Below, piece after piece: positions 47,001 through 59,135 of a stretch of DNA of 64,000 nucleotides. Within the stretch, counting starts at the first letter, position 1. Each line of letters begins with the position of its first letter. The notes beneath the pieces are model-generated. The model ran no database searches and was not told where the DNA came from. It saw only the letters and a list, made by a program, of their open reading frames with translations. A program made the translations under genes and the position numbers. Origin of the DNA: Macrostomum hystrix (lineage: Eukaryota > Animalia > Platyhelminthes). Location: NCBI GenBank assembly GCA_950097015.1, contig CATNEN010000039.1:18042001-18106000 (forward strand). The letters are read 5' to 3'.

Positions 47001-50000
47001 AAGCTGACGCTGGACCGCGCCATCCAGATGGGTCGAGCGTCGGAGACTTCGAAGCGGCAGGCTCGGACCCTGGCCACAGCGCAGATCAGCCGAGCAACGC
47101 CTGCACCCGCGCCAGCGTCCGTCGAGGCAGTTCAAGGCCGAACCAGCCGGTCGCAGCCCGCCAGCAATGCCAAGTCGGCTCGCAGCTGCGGCTTCTGCGG
47201 ACAGCAGCATGAGCGGCGCAAGTGCCCGGCATTCGGTAAGACCTGCAATAACTGTGGTCGCGCAAACCATTTCTCGTCCGTGTGCCGCTCAGCTAAGAAG
47301 GTCAACGAGCTGGTGGAGAACACCGAGACCGAGTCCGCAGGTGATGGCCCGGCTGCAGCAATCATGACCGTGGAGCAGCCAGGTGCTCGAACCAAGGCGC
47401 AAACCGACAGCTCGGCGATGATGGTGTGCCTGACTGTCACGGACTCTGGAAGAAGGCTGCAGTTCAAGGTGGACACCGGTGCGGACGTCAACGTGATCCC
47501 TCTGAAACGGCTGATCCAGCTCGCCCCTGCAGCATCGATTGAGCCGACATCTTGGACTCTGACAACGTACAACAAGCAGCTGCTGGACGTGGTCGGCATC
47601 ACGTACTTGACTGTGTCTTCGCCCTGCCGGAAGAATGCCCGACTGCAGTTTGTTGTTGTCGGCGAGAACTCCACGCCCATCATCGGCTGGAAGTCAGCGA
47701 TTGAGGAGCTGCAGCTGGTCAAGAAGCTGTTCTCGTTGCAGCAGAGTCTAAGCAGCATGAGCAAGGTGAGCAAGCAGCAGTTATCGGAACTGAACTCCAG
47801 CCAGTTAAAGGCCAGCTTCCCAGAAGTATTCAACGGCGTTGGATGCATGAAGCAGCCATACACCATTCAACTGTCGGACAACGCAGTGCCTAAAGTGCAG
47901 CCTCCTCGCAAGGTGCCATTTGCTGCGTATCAACCTCTGAAGTGCGAGCTGGAGAGACTGGAGAAGGAAGGAACGATCGCGCGAGTCGACGAACCGACGC
48001 AGTGGGTCTCCAATGTGGCCATCGTGTGGAAGAAGGACGGCTCGATGCGACTGTGTCTAGATCCGACCTACCTGAACAGGTTCATCATCAGAGAGTACCA
48101 CCCGATCCCCACCGCCGAGGAAGTTCGAGCTGCGACTGCTGGAGCCATCCTGTACAGCTCATTCGATGCGAACGAGAGCTTTCACCAACTAAAACTCGAT
48201 GATGAAAGCTCCTTCCTGACCACGTTCCACACCCCGTTCGGCCGATATCGCTGGAAACGAGTTCCATACGGTCTCTCATCCATTCCCGAGGTCTTCCAGA
48301 AGAGAATGGAAGAAAACGTCACAAACAACGTGAGAAACTCTAAGAACTTCTTTGACGACATCATCGTGTGGGGAAGAACAGTCGAGGAGCACGACCAAGC
48401 TGTGCGAGAGCTCCTGGAGCAGTGCAAGCGTGCCAAGGTGACACTGAACCCACAGAAGATGCGAGTCGGTGTCCAAGAGCTCAACTACCTAGGCGATGTG
48501 CTCAGCTCGGAAGGGTTGCGAGCAGATCCAATGAAGGTCAAAGCCATCAAAGAAATGATCCGGCCGAATGATGTTGAAGGTCTCACTTCGAAGAAGGAGC
48601 AGCTAAGGCGATTTCTCGGCTGTGTGACGTACCTGGCCAAGTTTTGTCCTCATCTTTCCGCTACTGCAGAGCCGCTTAGACACCTGCTCAAGAAAGACGT
48701 CATTTGGAGCTGGACGCATCAGCACGACGAGGCGTACGACTCGATCATCACGGAGCTGTGTTCTAACAGGGTTTTGGCTACATTTGACGTCAGCAAGCCA
48801 GTCACCGTGTCTGTGGATGCCAGCAAGAGCGGCATCGGTGCTGTGCTACTCCAAGAGGACCGTCCGGTTGAGTTCGCTTCATCAGCCATGACTAAAGCTC
48901 AGCAGGCATACGCGCAGATTGAGAAGGAGCTCCTGGCTATTGTGTACGGCTGCAAGAAATTTCACCGCTACCTCTGGGGCCGCACTGTCAATGTCCAGAG
49001 TGACCATAAGCCACTGGAGTCCATCTTAAAGAAGCAGCTCTGTGACACCACGCCGCGCATCCAGCGCTTGCTGCTGCAGCTGCAGCCCTACGACATTCGT
49101 GTGAAGTACACACCAGGAAAGGAGCTGTACGTTGCAGACACGCTAAGCCGAGCTCACGGAAAGACGGACAGCCTGACGCTTCTGCTGGAGGAAGCTTTGG
49201 ACGGACAAGTGCTAGCTGTGGAGCGATGCTTCAGTGGAGACCGCGAGATTCTGACAATGATCAAGAAGGCCACGGCTGCAGACCAGACGAGCCAGCGTCT
49301 GCAGGAGGTCATTCAAGCCGGATGGCCCGAGCATCGAAACCGACAACCTGACGATTTGAAAGCATTTTGGGATCTTCGCCATGATCTGACTTTCGTCTCA
49401 GGACTCCTATGCCTGAAGGACCGCATCTACGTGCCAGCCGGCAGCGCCAGAAGCTCGATCCTAAGAATTTTGCACGCTGGACACCCTGGAATCGTCAAGA
49501 TGGACCTGAAAGCCAAAGACTATTTTTACTGGCCAGGAATGCGCACCTGCATCGAGCGAACTGTCAGCCAGTGCGAGGCCTGCCAGCGTAACATGAAGGC
49601 CCAGTCAAAGGAGACTTTGATGATCGTTGAAATGCCCGAGTTTCCGTTCCAAGTCTGCTCGACCGACTTGTTCGAGTTCCGTGGCGCTGCGCACCTGGTG
49701 TACGTAGACGCCTACAGCCACTGGATGAGCATCACCCGCCTGCGGTCGACAACAAGCCTGGCAGTAGTTCAGGTGCTCCAAGACCATTTCCAGAACTTTG
49801 GAGTGCCAGAGAAGCTCATCAGTGACAACGGGCCGCAGTTCACCGCAGGAGAGTTCCGCCAGTTCATGAACAGATTTCAAGTGGAGCACCGGACATCGAG
49901 TCCGGCCTACCCGCAGTCCAACGGCAAAGCAGAGCGATATGTGCAGACTGCCAAGAATATGATGAAGAAGTGCCAGGAGACTGGACAGAGCCTGGCACTG

Positions 50001-53000
50001 GCCCTTTTGCACTATCGCAACACGCCGGTCGGCAGCGGCTTCCCCAGCCCGGCGGAAATGGCGTTTGGCCGGAAACTGCGGTGCGACCTGCCGACAACGG
50101 TGCAAGATCTGCGGCCTCGGGAGACCTACGTGCATGCCAGCATCGAAGCATTCCAGAAGGAGCGGACCCGGGCAGCTCAGCTCTACAACCGCGGTGCGCG
50201 CGCACTTCGACGCTTGGAGGTCGGCGAGCCAGTCTGGCTTCAGTGCGATCGTCGGAACTGGGTGGCTGCCGAGGTCGACAGCGAGGTGGACGGCAGCCCG
50301 CGGTCGTACTGGCTTCGCACGGAGTCGGGCCAGCTGCTCAGGCGCAACCGGCGGTTTATCAGGCCACGTGAGATCGGCGTGCCATTCCATGAAAGCTACC
50401 CAGTGGCTGATGAGGATGTCAATCTGTCGGAGGCGGACGACCAGCAGGCACCCGTGCAACCGGCCGTGCAACCGGCCGTGCAACCGGCCGTGCAACCGGC
50501 GACAGAGCAGCCTGCAGAGCCAGTGCAGCCAGCTGAGGAGCCGGCATCTGTGCAACCGTGCTCAAGCTCGGACGACTCTGGGTTCCGGACCAAGCGAGGT
50601 CGGCTTGTCCATCAGCCGCAGAGGTACCAGGCCTCGTGGTGAACTTTTGAGTGAAAAATGACTGTTGACTGAATTTAAATGAACTGGAAGCTCTTTTTAA
50701 GTTCCTATAATTTTGGTGAAAGGAGGTATGGCAGAAGTTGATGTGTTGCCTTTGCTGCTCAAGCGTGCGATTTAACAAACGGTCTAAAATGATATTTTTC
50801 AACATTAATATTGTATTGTTCCATATGATCGTAAAATATTTCAATGTTTTTAGTTTTCCCCATTCAACTGTTTTCGTGCGACTCCATTCGAGCTACTATA
50901 TTCGTTCTACTCTTTTCGTGCCATTATATTCGTACTTTTCAATGTAAGGAGGTGTTGTGTAATGATCGATGCTGGCTAGCCGATGTGCAGTCTTTCTCTT
51001 TCTCTCTCAGTGCACCTGCCCCCCAGTCCCCCATTGACGCGTACAATGTACATTGCTCACTGCACTTGACTAAACAATAATATATATATCGGCTCTCTGC
51101 CCATCGCTGGCTTTAAGCGTTTCGTAGCTCGCACACACTCGCCTTGAATTCTAACATAACAGGGTTGATTTCTTAGAACGTAACTGGAACAGATACTTTA
51201 TTGATTTTACGAATTTTATCTATTTTAACCAACCGTCTCTTCACATCCAGGGCTGTGCATTTATCCAACAACTCAATCCAGTACAAGTACATCAATCAGC
51301 CGGACAGACACCCGGATTTGCCCGATGACAATATCTGGGATTGCATCACGCTGCAGACGCATTTGACCACCATCGGCCAGCCAAATGTCTACTATGATGT
51401 GATTTATCCGGGAATGCAGAAGGCTGTGATTAACAGCATGCTGTGCAGCCAGGATCACGTGGAGATGAGAAAGGTGAGCTAATAGGTAGCTGTAGATTTA
51501 TGGATAGATTAGACAGGTAAGAAAAAAAATATTTTAAAGATTTGTCAATGAGACAATGAACAGGGAAGAAGGCCTAATGGAAGAAAAAACACGGGAGAGA
51601 TGAGACAGGGGAGAGATGACACAGGAGAGAGATGAGACAGAGGAGAGATGACACAGGAGAGAGATGAGACAGGGGAGAGATGACACAGGAGAGAGATGAG
51701 ACAGAGGAGAGATGACACAGGAGAGAGATGAGACAGGGGAGAGATGACACAGGAGAGAGATGAGACAGAGGAGAGATGACACAGGAGAGAGATGAGACAG
51801 GGGAGAGATGACACAGGAGAGAGATGAGACAGAGGAGAGATGACACAGGAGAGAGATGAGACAGGGGAGAGATGACACAGGATAGAGATGAGACAGAGGA
51901 GAGATGACACAGGAGAGAGATGAGACAGGGGAGAGATGACACAGGAGAGAGATGAGACAGAGGAGAGATGACACAGGAGAGAGATGAGACAGAGGAGAGA
52001 TGACACAGGAGAGAGATGAGACAGAGGAGAGATGACACAGGAGAGAGATGAGACAGGGGAGAGATGACACAGGAGAGAGATGAGACAGAGGAGAGATGAC
52101 ACAGGAGAGAGATGAGACAGAGGAGAGATGACACAGGAGAGAGATGAGACAGAGGAGAGATGACACAGGAGAGAGATGAGACAGAGGAGAGATGACACAG
52201 GAGAGAGATGAGACAGAGGAGAGATGACACAGGAGAGAGATGAGACAGGGGAGAGATGACACAGGAGAGAGATGAGACAGGGGAGAGATGACACAGGAGA
52301 GAGATGAGACAGAGGAGAGATGACACAGGAGAGAGATGAGACAGAGGAGAGATGACACAGGAGAGAGATGAGACAGAGGAGAGATGACACAGGAGAGAGA
52401 TAAGACAGCAGAGGGATGAGGCACGGGAGAGATGAGACAGGAGATATGAGACCGGGGAGAGATGAGACATGGAAGAGATGAGACATGGAAGAGAGGAGAC
52501 AGGAGAGAGATAAGACAGTGGAGAGATGAGACACAGAAGAGATGAGACAGGGGAAAGATGAGACTGGGGAGAGATAAGACACATTAAAGATGAGACACAG
52601 GAGATGAGATGCGGGAGAGATGAGTTAAGGAAATGCGATAAAGGAAAAATAATGTCATAGAGAGTTCTAATCCGTTCCTAACTCGATAATCCCAAATCCC
52701 GCAGAACTGCTTCGAACTGTACGGCGCTGATTTCATGATAGACGAAAACTTCCAACCCTGGCTACTTGAGATTAACTGCAGTCCCACAATGGCCCCATCC
52801 ACTGTGGTCACAACTAGACTATGCCGCAATGTGCAAGACGACATAATGAAGGGTAAGCGGAAAATTTAATGAATTCAGAAGAATAAAGTCTGGTTGGGTT
52901 TGAGAGAATATTTTATACCAATTTCTATGCGTTGTTCATTTGTTCATCGCTGCTTTTTCTGTTAAACAGTAGAGAAACACGTTTGCTTCTTTGCTATCAC

Positions 53001-54665
53001 ATCTGTCTCTCTCTCTCTTTGTCGTCTTTGGCAAGTGTAAGGAATGAAAAGAGAATTACGAGCTATTATGTTAATGAGCCTATTCTGGTTGGCAAATTGA
53101 GAGTTGTTTGTGCGAGATACTAAATGCGATAAAACAGCTTCAAACTACAATGAGGCCATTGTTAACTTTTTCATATTGAGATTGTTTTTAGTGCATGGTC
53201 TTATTTTATTTTTATTTTCCTGTGTTAAAACTACAATTCCGTGCATGAATTAGTCCACTAGTCTACTTAATTGTATAAGTAGTGAGTGTACGAGGTAGAA
53301 ATAAATAATTTATAGTATAAATGCTAGAGTTTAGTGCAGTTAATTGTGGAGTCAGTAGTCTTCTAATCGTTTTGAATCGTCGATCGAAAATATCTTACGA
53401 TTGTATATTTTAAAGAAGCTTAGAAAACTTGCTTATCGATAAAAAATTAATCAATGAATCAATCAACCAATCAAACAGTGATTATCGATCGACGTCAGGA
53501 TCGTACCTGCGACACCGGCAGATTCGAGCTGATTTACAAACAGCAGCAAGTTAACGCGCCAACCTACGCAGGGGTGGACCTGACCCTGCTGGGCCAGTCG
53601 GTCAAGCGGCCCTGGAACTGCTCCGTGTCGGCGCCCCGTCCCGAGCGCTCCGTCAGCCTGTTCGCTGAAGAGCGGCGATTGGACCGCGAACGGCTGACCC
53701 TGTCCAATCAGCGAGGCCCGGCGGCACCAACCCCTCCGGATGAGTCATCTGCGTCTGGCCAATCGGGTAGCGGCGCCGCCAGCGCCCCAACTGGTCATGT
53801 GACCAAAGCGGCCAACCCCAAGCTAGTCTCGGTGGCCAATAGGAAGCCGCCAACTCGTGTTGAAATTATACCAATCAATACTGGATTGCCAAAGAAGTCC
53901 AGCAATCAGCCGACTTATTTTCGAAGCAAAAGTAAGTGCCACAAGTTCTTTTGTCCAGTTTTATGGTGATTGGTTTCTAGATTTTGTGCATTAATTTAAT
54001 TTTACTAGTATCTAAATTACTAAACATAAGGAATTTTAATCTGCGCCATAAAGCTTGAAGTTTTAGTAGACCTCACGAAACAAGAAATGTGAGTTTCTTT
54101 TTTTAATTATTTTGCTGCAACACCAGACTAGTCAGAGCTCTGCTAAGCATTGAATCATGAGTTGTAGGTGTTTCCTGATTAAAAATCGTATATTTAGTAT
54201 GACGCAGAGCCCACGAAGTTTGCTTAAATGTGTGCATTATTGAAAGTAAAATATGGACGAAAAAAATCACGAGTATGTTTTTTATTAGGCTTATTCAGTT
54301 TAGGCTCAGGTATAGACACAGAGTCATGTGACCTTTGACATTAGCCAGTCAAGTGACCACCAGAGTTGGACGGTCACGTGACTTTTACTGAATTTCGATC
54401 ACGTGATCTTCATAGGGCTGAAAAGCCCCTATTCCTATTGACTTAAGATTGTCACGTGACTCGCAAAATTCCGGCTACTTAACCAAGTGACGGTTGCCTA
54501 GAAGTTAATCGTGGGACATACACTGTCCTATCTTCAGCAAAAGAAAACTGTTTACAATTTCCACACCCCAAAGGGAACAAAGAAAAAAGGTCGAAGATTC
54601 TGACCACCTACGGCGTTCAAGACGGAGGCCCAGCCGCTGCTCTGCTGCCCAGCGTTCCGCGGTGA
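38006..54665 (+). CDS. TTLL3: Tubulin glycylase, TTLL3/TTLL8 family, multi-exon; alternative last exon possible at 55971-56203
   Basis: Phase-consistent exons 38006-38179, 39318-39629, 41522-41968, 42594-42837, 43192-43425, 43880-44019, 44115-44176, 45490-45885, 51251-51473, 52705-52852, 53479-53931, 54538-54665. Motifs [23 protein letters not shown]...[68 protein letters not shown]. The first two exons and the last exon are less certain. Confidence 0.9.
38234..38863. repeat. pentamer-based simple repeat (GAATA/GAATG/GAATC)n
   Basis: Read directly; intronic. Confidence 0.97.
39726..40234. repeat. 19-bp minisatellite (GGGGTTGTAGCCTAGAGT-type unit) abutting a SINE head
   Basis: About 27 units, directly followed by a family A SINE that starts GGTTGTAGCCTA. 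Confidence 0.93.
40250..40545 (+). mobile_element. tRNA-derived SINE, family A (CORE-like)
   Basis: TGTAGCCTA A box, GGTTCGAGTCC B box, AGCAAGACACT...TTCAGTTCAC...AAATGGGTACCAGC core, (TTA)n tail. Confidence 0.82.
40995..41471. repeat. 15-bp minisatellite (TAGATTTCCGAATCC)
   Basis: About 31 units; accounts for the spurious IRKSR ORF. Confidence 0.97.
42060..42228 (+). mobile_element. 3' fragment of SINE family A
   Basis: CAGTCCATGGACTGAAC...GTACGCAGCCTTCAGATGCGCCGCGCAATAGCTGC, shared with 40450-40490; TTA/TTG tail. Confidence 0.75.
43675..43830. repeat. 16-bp AT-rich minisatellite (CGTTGATTTTATAAAT)
   Basis: Tandem copies in an intron. Confidence 0.85.
44316..45441. repeat. near-perfect 17-bp minisatellite (GGGAGAAGTAGACAACA) x ~66
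   Basis: Fills most of a TTLL intron; stop-free on the minus strand, giving three spurious ORFs. Confidence 0.98.
46135..46285. repeat. 19-bp degenerate minisatellite (GTAGTTGATTTCTTAGAAA), interrupted by a Gypsy element
   Basis: The unit resumes after the element at 51162 (GGGTTGATTTCTTAGAA). Confidence 0.85.
46286..51161 (+). mobile_element. Intact Ty3/Gypsy (Mag-like) LTR retrotransposon in a TTLL intron
   Basis: 209-bp LTRs 46286-46494 and 50953-51161, with one difference that I could see (GACTTC/GAATTC); 5-bp TSD GGGTT; PBS TGGCGTCGC. Confidence 0.97.
46530..50642 (+). CDS. Gag-Pol polyprotein (Gag, 2 Zn knuckles, protease, RT, RNase H, integrase), 1370 aa
   Basis: KVDTGAD protease; RT PYGL...FFDD; RNase H VDAS, EKELLA, SDHKPL, ADTLSR; integrase H.GH...C..C, STDLF, SDNG, AER. 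Confidence 0.97.
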   Translation: MDGLRPPEPMIFDTNRADNWRRWISAFDFYMKATKRTEESEEVKIAVLLTALGSDGQDVFSTFPADQVATYAAVKSAFQEYCEPLSNETFERYQLRTRVQGEAEDFDQFVGSLRQLIKRCNYSEPANKETIENSVIRDQIVIGANDPALRERLLRETKLTLDRAIQMGRASETSKRQARTLATAQISRATPAPAPASVEAVQGRTSRSQPASNAKSARSCGFCGQQHERRKCPAFGKTCNNCGRANHFSSVCRSAKKVNELVENTETESAGDGPAAAIMTVEQPGARTKAQTDSSAMMVCLTVTDSGRRLQFKVDTGADVNVIPLKRLIQLAPAASIEPTSWTLTTYNKQLLDVVGITYLTVSSPCRKNARLQFVVVGENSTPIIGWKSAIEELQLVKKLFSLQQSLSSMSKVSKQQLSELNSSQLKASFPEVFNGVGCMKQPYTIQLSDNAVPKVQPPRKVPFAAYQPLKCELERLEKEGTIARVDEPTQWVSNVAIVWKKDGSMRLCLDPTYLNRFIIREYHPIPTAEEVRAATAGAILYSSFDANESFHQLKLDDESSFLTTFHTPFGRYRWKRVPYGLSSIPEVFQKRMEENVTNNVRNSKNFFDDIIVWGRTVEEHDQAVRELLEQCKRAKVTLNPQKMRVGVQELNYLGDVLSSEGLRADPMKVKAIKEMIRPNDVEGLTSKKEQLRRFLGCVTYLAKFCPHLSATAEPLRHLLKKDVIWSWTHQHDEAYDSIITELCSNRVLATFDVSKPVTVSVDASKSGIGAVLLQEDRPVEFASSAMTKAQQAYAQIEKELLAIVYGCKKFHRYLWGRTVNVQSDHKPLESILKKQLCDTTPRIQRLLLQLQPYDIRVKYTPGKELYVADTLSRAHGKTDSLTLLLEEALDGQVLAVERCFSGDREILTMIKKATAADQTSQRLQEVIQAGWPEHRNRQPDDLKAFWDLRHDLTFVSGLLCLKDRIYVPAGSARSSILRILHAGHPGIVKMDLKAKDYFYWPGMRTCIERTVSQCEACQRNMKAQSKETLMIVEMPEFPFQVCSTDLFEFRGAAHLVYVDAYSHWMSITRLRSTTSLAVVQVLQDHFQNFGVPEKLISDNGPQFTAGEFRQFMNRFQVEHRTSSPAYPQSNGKAERYVQTAKNMMKKCQETGQSLALALLHYRNTPVGSGFPSPAEMAFGRKLRCDLPTTVQDLRPRETYVHASIEAFQKERTRAAQLYNRGARALRRLEVGEPVWLQCDRRNWVAAEVDSEVDGSPRSYWLRTESGQLLRRNRRFIRPREIGVPFHESYPVADEDVNLSEADDQQAPVQPAVQPAVQPAVQPATEQPAEPVQPAEEPASVQPCSSSDDSGFRTKRGRLVHQPQRYQASW
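51590..52625. repeat. purine-rich minisatellite (GAGAGATGAGACAG[A/G]GGAGAGATGACACAGGA)
   Basis: Intronic array; a related degenerate array sits at 63690-64000. Confidence 0.96.
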
Positions 54666-56334
54666 CAGTCGAACCGGCAGCAGCCCTCTAAATCCTTAAT
54701 CTCTCTCGGAACAGCTTATTCCCAGCTTTTGCCCATGCACCCCTCGAGCTCTCTGTGCTGAAACGCCTCGCACAAAATCAGGAAAATCACATTTGAAAAA
54801 TTTGTGAGTAAACACTACTTGAAGTAGACTATATCCTAGTGTTGCGTCATCGAATGTGAACGAATTTGTTTGCAACTCACAGCGAATGAGACTGGCTGGC
54901 CTTTCTTAGTAGGAAGCGACTTATTCTGGTCTTAAGATTGAATTGAAAAACAATTCATACATAAAAACATATTAAAAGTGCATAGAAAAATAAAGAAACT
55001 AAAAAACTAAAACATTTTGACAAACGTACACTAATAAACTCGCATTGAGTCTAACCTCGAGTAGCTATACTTATCTGTGGAGTTTTTAATGATTTTACTT
55101 TTCTAATTGTGTTTTTGTGCATGACTTTTGTTTTTTTAATAACTGTCTTTCTTTGTAAAAAAGAACAGTGGCTTCTGCGATAGTTGTCAATTTAGCCTAT
55201 TTGTCTATTACTGTCATTCTGGTAAAATATATTATCCAAGATATTGTCTGTCTAAAGATATCATAAAATGATTGTAAGGGTCCGTTTTGACCGAAAAATT
55301 CTACCTTTTCCTTTGGTACATGTGGATCTTTAATCTATGATATACGCTCGTATCAACTCATCTGAACTTCATTGATAAACTTCTCTAGGAAAGCACCTAG
55401 CTCTTATCAATTCAAAATGGTAGAAAATTTTGCTCCATAAAATCAGATGCAGTAAATTTAGATAGTTTTTTTCTTCCATTTATTCTAAACGTCGATACCT
55501 TAATAGTTCAGAAATTACCTAAATATAGTCTTTCGCGATGACGTCACTTGGGGTGTGACTCACTCGCGAGTGGATCGATAAATCTATTTTTAGATCATGG
55601 TATAAACTCGTGATTAAGTTACAAGGCATGAATGTATAGCTCGTAGTATACTATAGCTTTGCATGCCAAAACATTTTTTGTGTAAATGTGAAGATTTATA
55701 AAACTAACTTAACAAGAAATGTTTATAGAAACATGCATTCTTTCCTCTTAAAGTCTCGTCTACCTGATTCTGTTGCAAATATGCCTGCCTAAATTATTTA
55801 ATAAGTCGCTTGAGAAGCTGCTCCTATTTTGTCTACTCTGACAGTTATTTTTGCAGTGTCACAACAGTTCGTTAACTTTCTCTACTCACTATATCGAAAT
55901 TTGTAGCGAATGAAAAATTGCAGCTTTTATTCAAGTTGTACTTAATGTAACATGTACTTTTCCATTTCAGCCACCAGCTACATACCCGGTCGCCCTCTTG
56001 GCGGTTTTCATAGTTACCAGCATCAGCATCAGCAGCAGCAGCTATCAATAGTTGAAGCTTATCCGCCGCCACCGCCGTCTCGGCCGCCATTGCTGATCAA
56101 ATCATCCGGAGGCAATCTGACAAGCTCTCAGACGAGTCGTTTAAATGGACCGGCTGCTCATCAGGTTATCATTGCGCATCGTTATTCGCATAGAAATCTT
56201 TGATTTATTTACAATTTTGTTTTAATTAGACCAGTCTCTGTGGTCTCCGCCTCATTGCCATGCTGTTCGGCGCAAATTTATAATTGCTTTTGTTCGTGCT
56301 TCTTGCATGTTTGCTAATTCTTTTAAACATCTGC

Positions 56335-56595
56335 CTTAATTGAGTTCTACAGCGGCAGCTATTGCACAACGTATCTGAAATCTACGTACAGCAGTTCAGT
56401 CCATGGACTGGAGGGATGCCACACCCACTCTCAGTTACCCCAGCTGATGCTGGTACCCATTTAACAGCTGGGTGAACTGAAGCAATGCAGAATTAATTGT
56501 CTAGCTAAATGACACATTTTTCTGTCTAATCCGGAATCGAACCCTCGACCTTTAAGTCGTGAGTCCGATGCCTCTAAACACTAGGCTTCAACCGC
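56335..56595 (-). mobile_element. tRNA-derived SINE, family A (CORE-like)
   Basis: Minus strand GGTTGAAGCCTAGTGTTTAG...GGTTCGATTCC...TTGCTTCAGTTCACCCAGCTGTTAAATGGGTACCAGC. Confidence 0.82.
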
Positions 56596-57579
56596 GTTGA
56601 AATTTCTGAAAATCTGAAATTTGGCTAACAGGTTGACTTCATAAAGAAAAAATATACTTTTCTATGTTGGCATTCCACAATAATCTCTATACCGATGATC
56701 GTTTCACTGAACTTAATTGTTTTGTCACGATCATCTGTTTACATGGAAATTCCACGGAAATACCGGCTCTCTCTTGACTTTAGTTCAAGTCGTATTTCTC
56801 GTACAGGACGTTACTTCACTATGGAGCTCTGTTAAATCTTTTATTTGCTGCTTTTGCATATTTGTATTTCGCTAAATTTGCTAAAATATGTTTTGTGCTT
56901 CTCTGTTCAATATACACAATAATATAGATCATGATGATGTTTTATTTTACGCTTGTTTCTAAAAACAATTTCCAAGAAAATAACTGTTTATAATGGTATT
57001 TTTTAATTGGTGCGCTTTCTAATTCTTTCATTTTGATTCCTAGAGTTCCTTTTTTAACTTTAAATATGTTGACAGAGTTCTATTTTAGATTTTCTTTTTA
57101 TAATTGTATATTTTTAACATAAAACTTGAATTGATATTCGCTAAATACTTTTCTCTAATAATTTATTTTACTCTGGGTTGATTAGCATGCAAAGTAAAAA
57201 AAGCGGTTTTCGGCTTGCTTTTATTGACTTCTATCAGAAAATAAATTCAATCATTCTTTTTCATTGATACATGCAACATGCATGCTGTTCACAATATGTA
57301 AATATAAATAAATAAAGCTTCAGTGCCGTCTGACATTAAACTGTTGTAATGAACGCGTAGCCATGACGTTTTGCTTAAGAAAGACATCGTAATTACGTAT
57401 AATAACTAATCTATAATTATCCAACACCGACATATTGTTGACAGTGTTTTAATTTGAATTAAATTGAAAACCGATGCTAACTGCTTTTGTCATTGGAGAG
57501 AATATAATGCTTTGCTGCCTCTGTTAAAATTCTGTTTATTGTTTACTCAATTTTTTCTAATGTAGGATACATGCCTTGA

Positions 57580-57853
57580 TATCTAACAGGTCGTTCAGTA
57601 TCTAACAGGTCATTCAGTATCTAGCAGGTCATTCAGTATCTAACATGTCATTCAGTATCTAGCAGGTCATTCAGTATCTAACAGGTCATTCAGTATCTAA
57701 CAGGTCATTCAGTATCTAACAGGTCATTCAGTATCTAACAGATCATTCAGTATCTAACAGGTCATTCAGTATCTAACAGATCATTCAGTATCTAACAGGT
57801 CATTCAGTATCTAACACGTCATTCAGTATCTAACAGGTCATTCAGTATCTAAC
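57580..57853. repeat. 19-bp minisatellite (TATCTAACAGGTCATTCAG)
   Basis: About 14 tandem copies. Confidence 0.95.
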
Positions 57854-58649
57854 CACTGACCTTCGAGTCCAACGCTCTCACCACAAGGCTTTTTCGCCCG
57901 ACCCTACAGTAAACTGAAAAGTATAAGGTATATTAAAAGCCTTTCTGAAGAGTTATTTCGAGATAAATTGGATATGCAAATATTATAACTATAGTAAACC
58001 TATAAATTATTCAGCTGTCTATCAATCGAACACAGTCTGTGTTTTACATCTCCGCTATAACTTCATGAATATGCCGTGAATTAATTCAAACAGCTTTTCT
58101 ACACGATTTAATGAAAAGTTGCAGAAAACTTTTGCCAAATATGATGAATTGTCGCAGTTATTAACGAATAGAAGTACATTTACATAAGCGAATTATGGAA
58201 ATAAGTTGAGTTGTGAGCGATGCGAACCAATTTATCGCATTAGATGCATGATGACTGCAGAACAATGCTATAGAAAACACAAACCAATCTACATGCGAGC
58301 CTCCAGTTGATGGCTATTTCTAATCAGCTCTGATCGCCATTATAGTCCGGCTATTCATACCGCTTGTCTTCATTTTGTGACAGGCTCTACCAAATCAATC
58401 AAAAGCGATTCAGGGTAGTACCATGAATGACTGGGAGTGAAGTGAATGAGAGGCAGTACCAGTATACTGTAATAGTACTGGAGCAGCTAGTACTAACTTT
58501 TTGGCGAGCAATGAAAGACCTGACTTAATCAAATCCTATCAAATAAAGTTGAGGGCATTAACGATTCCTGGAAAGGCTATTTTATTTTTCCGTGGCAGAT
58601 GTGCCAGTGACAATCAACCATTGTTAAGAGAATCGGTTCCGGTTCCAGT

Positions 58650-59135
58650 TCCGGTATCTTGGCGGTCTTGTGCCATGTGTCCAAGAGGATTTGCGACGTC
58701 GCAGAGGGCTCGCCTGGGCGGCCTTCAAAGCGACAGCCTCCAGATCTGGTGAGGACCCGACTGTTCCAGGCGGTTGTGGAAACCGTGCTTTTCTACAATG
58801 CCGAAACCTGGACCATGACGGAGGCGCTGCAACGTCAGCTGGACGCAGCTCACTCCAGCCTGCTACGCGCTGCCTTCAGCATCCACCGCCACACCGACCG
58901 ACCATATCACAAACCAGGCCCTCTATCAACGGGCGAAGCTGAGCCCTCCAAGCGTGACCCTGCGACAACGGCGCCTGAAGCTGACGGGTCACGTTCTTCG
59001 CGCTGAGTCATACTGCCCGGAGCCGCTGCAGGAGGTATTGCTGCACACGCAGCAGGGCCCATACCGGCGAGGTCAGTCGCGAACCCGGAGGTTCATCGAC
59101 TGTCTGTTAGAAGACGCCAGGGCGCCCGATCAGCT
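58650..59135 (+). pseudogene. 5'-truncated, frameshifted 3' fragment of an RTE-like LINE related to 14786-18523
   Basis: YLGGLVP..EDLRRRRGLAWAAF, LFQAVVETVLFYNAETW and RAESYCPEP...PYRRG spread over several frames. Confidence 0.92.

Noticed and set aside
49605-50555. 316-aa antisense ORF and other overlapping ORFs within the retroelements
   Set aside because: Shadow ORFs of GC-rich coding sequence with no recognisable motifs.
51534-52584. Long Cys/Leu/Ser-rich ORFs; likewise 38181-39024, 40910-41473, 14410-14715 and 2488-3035
   Set aside because: All are translations of simple tandem repeats, open in several frames.
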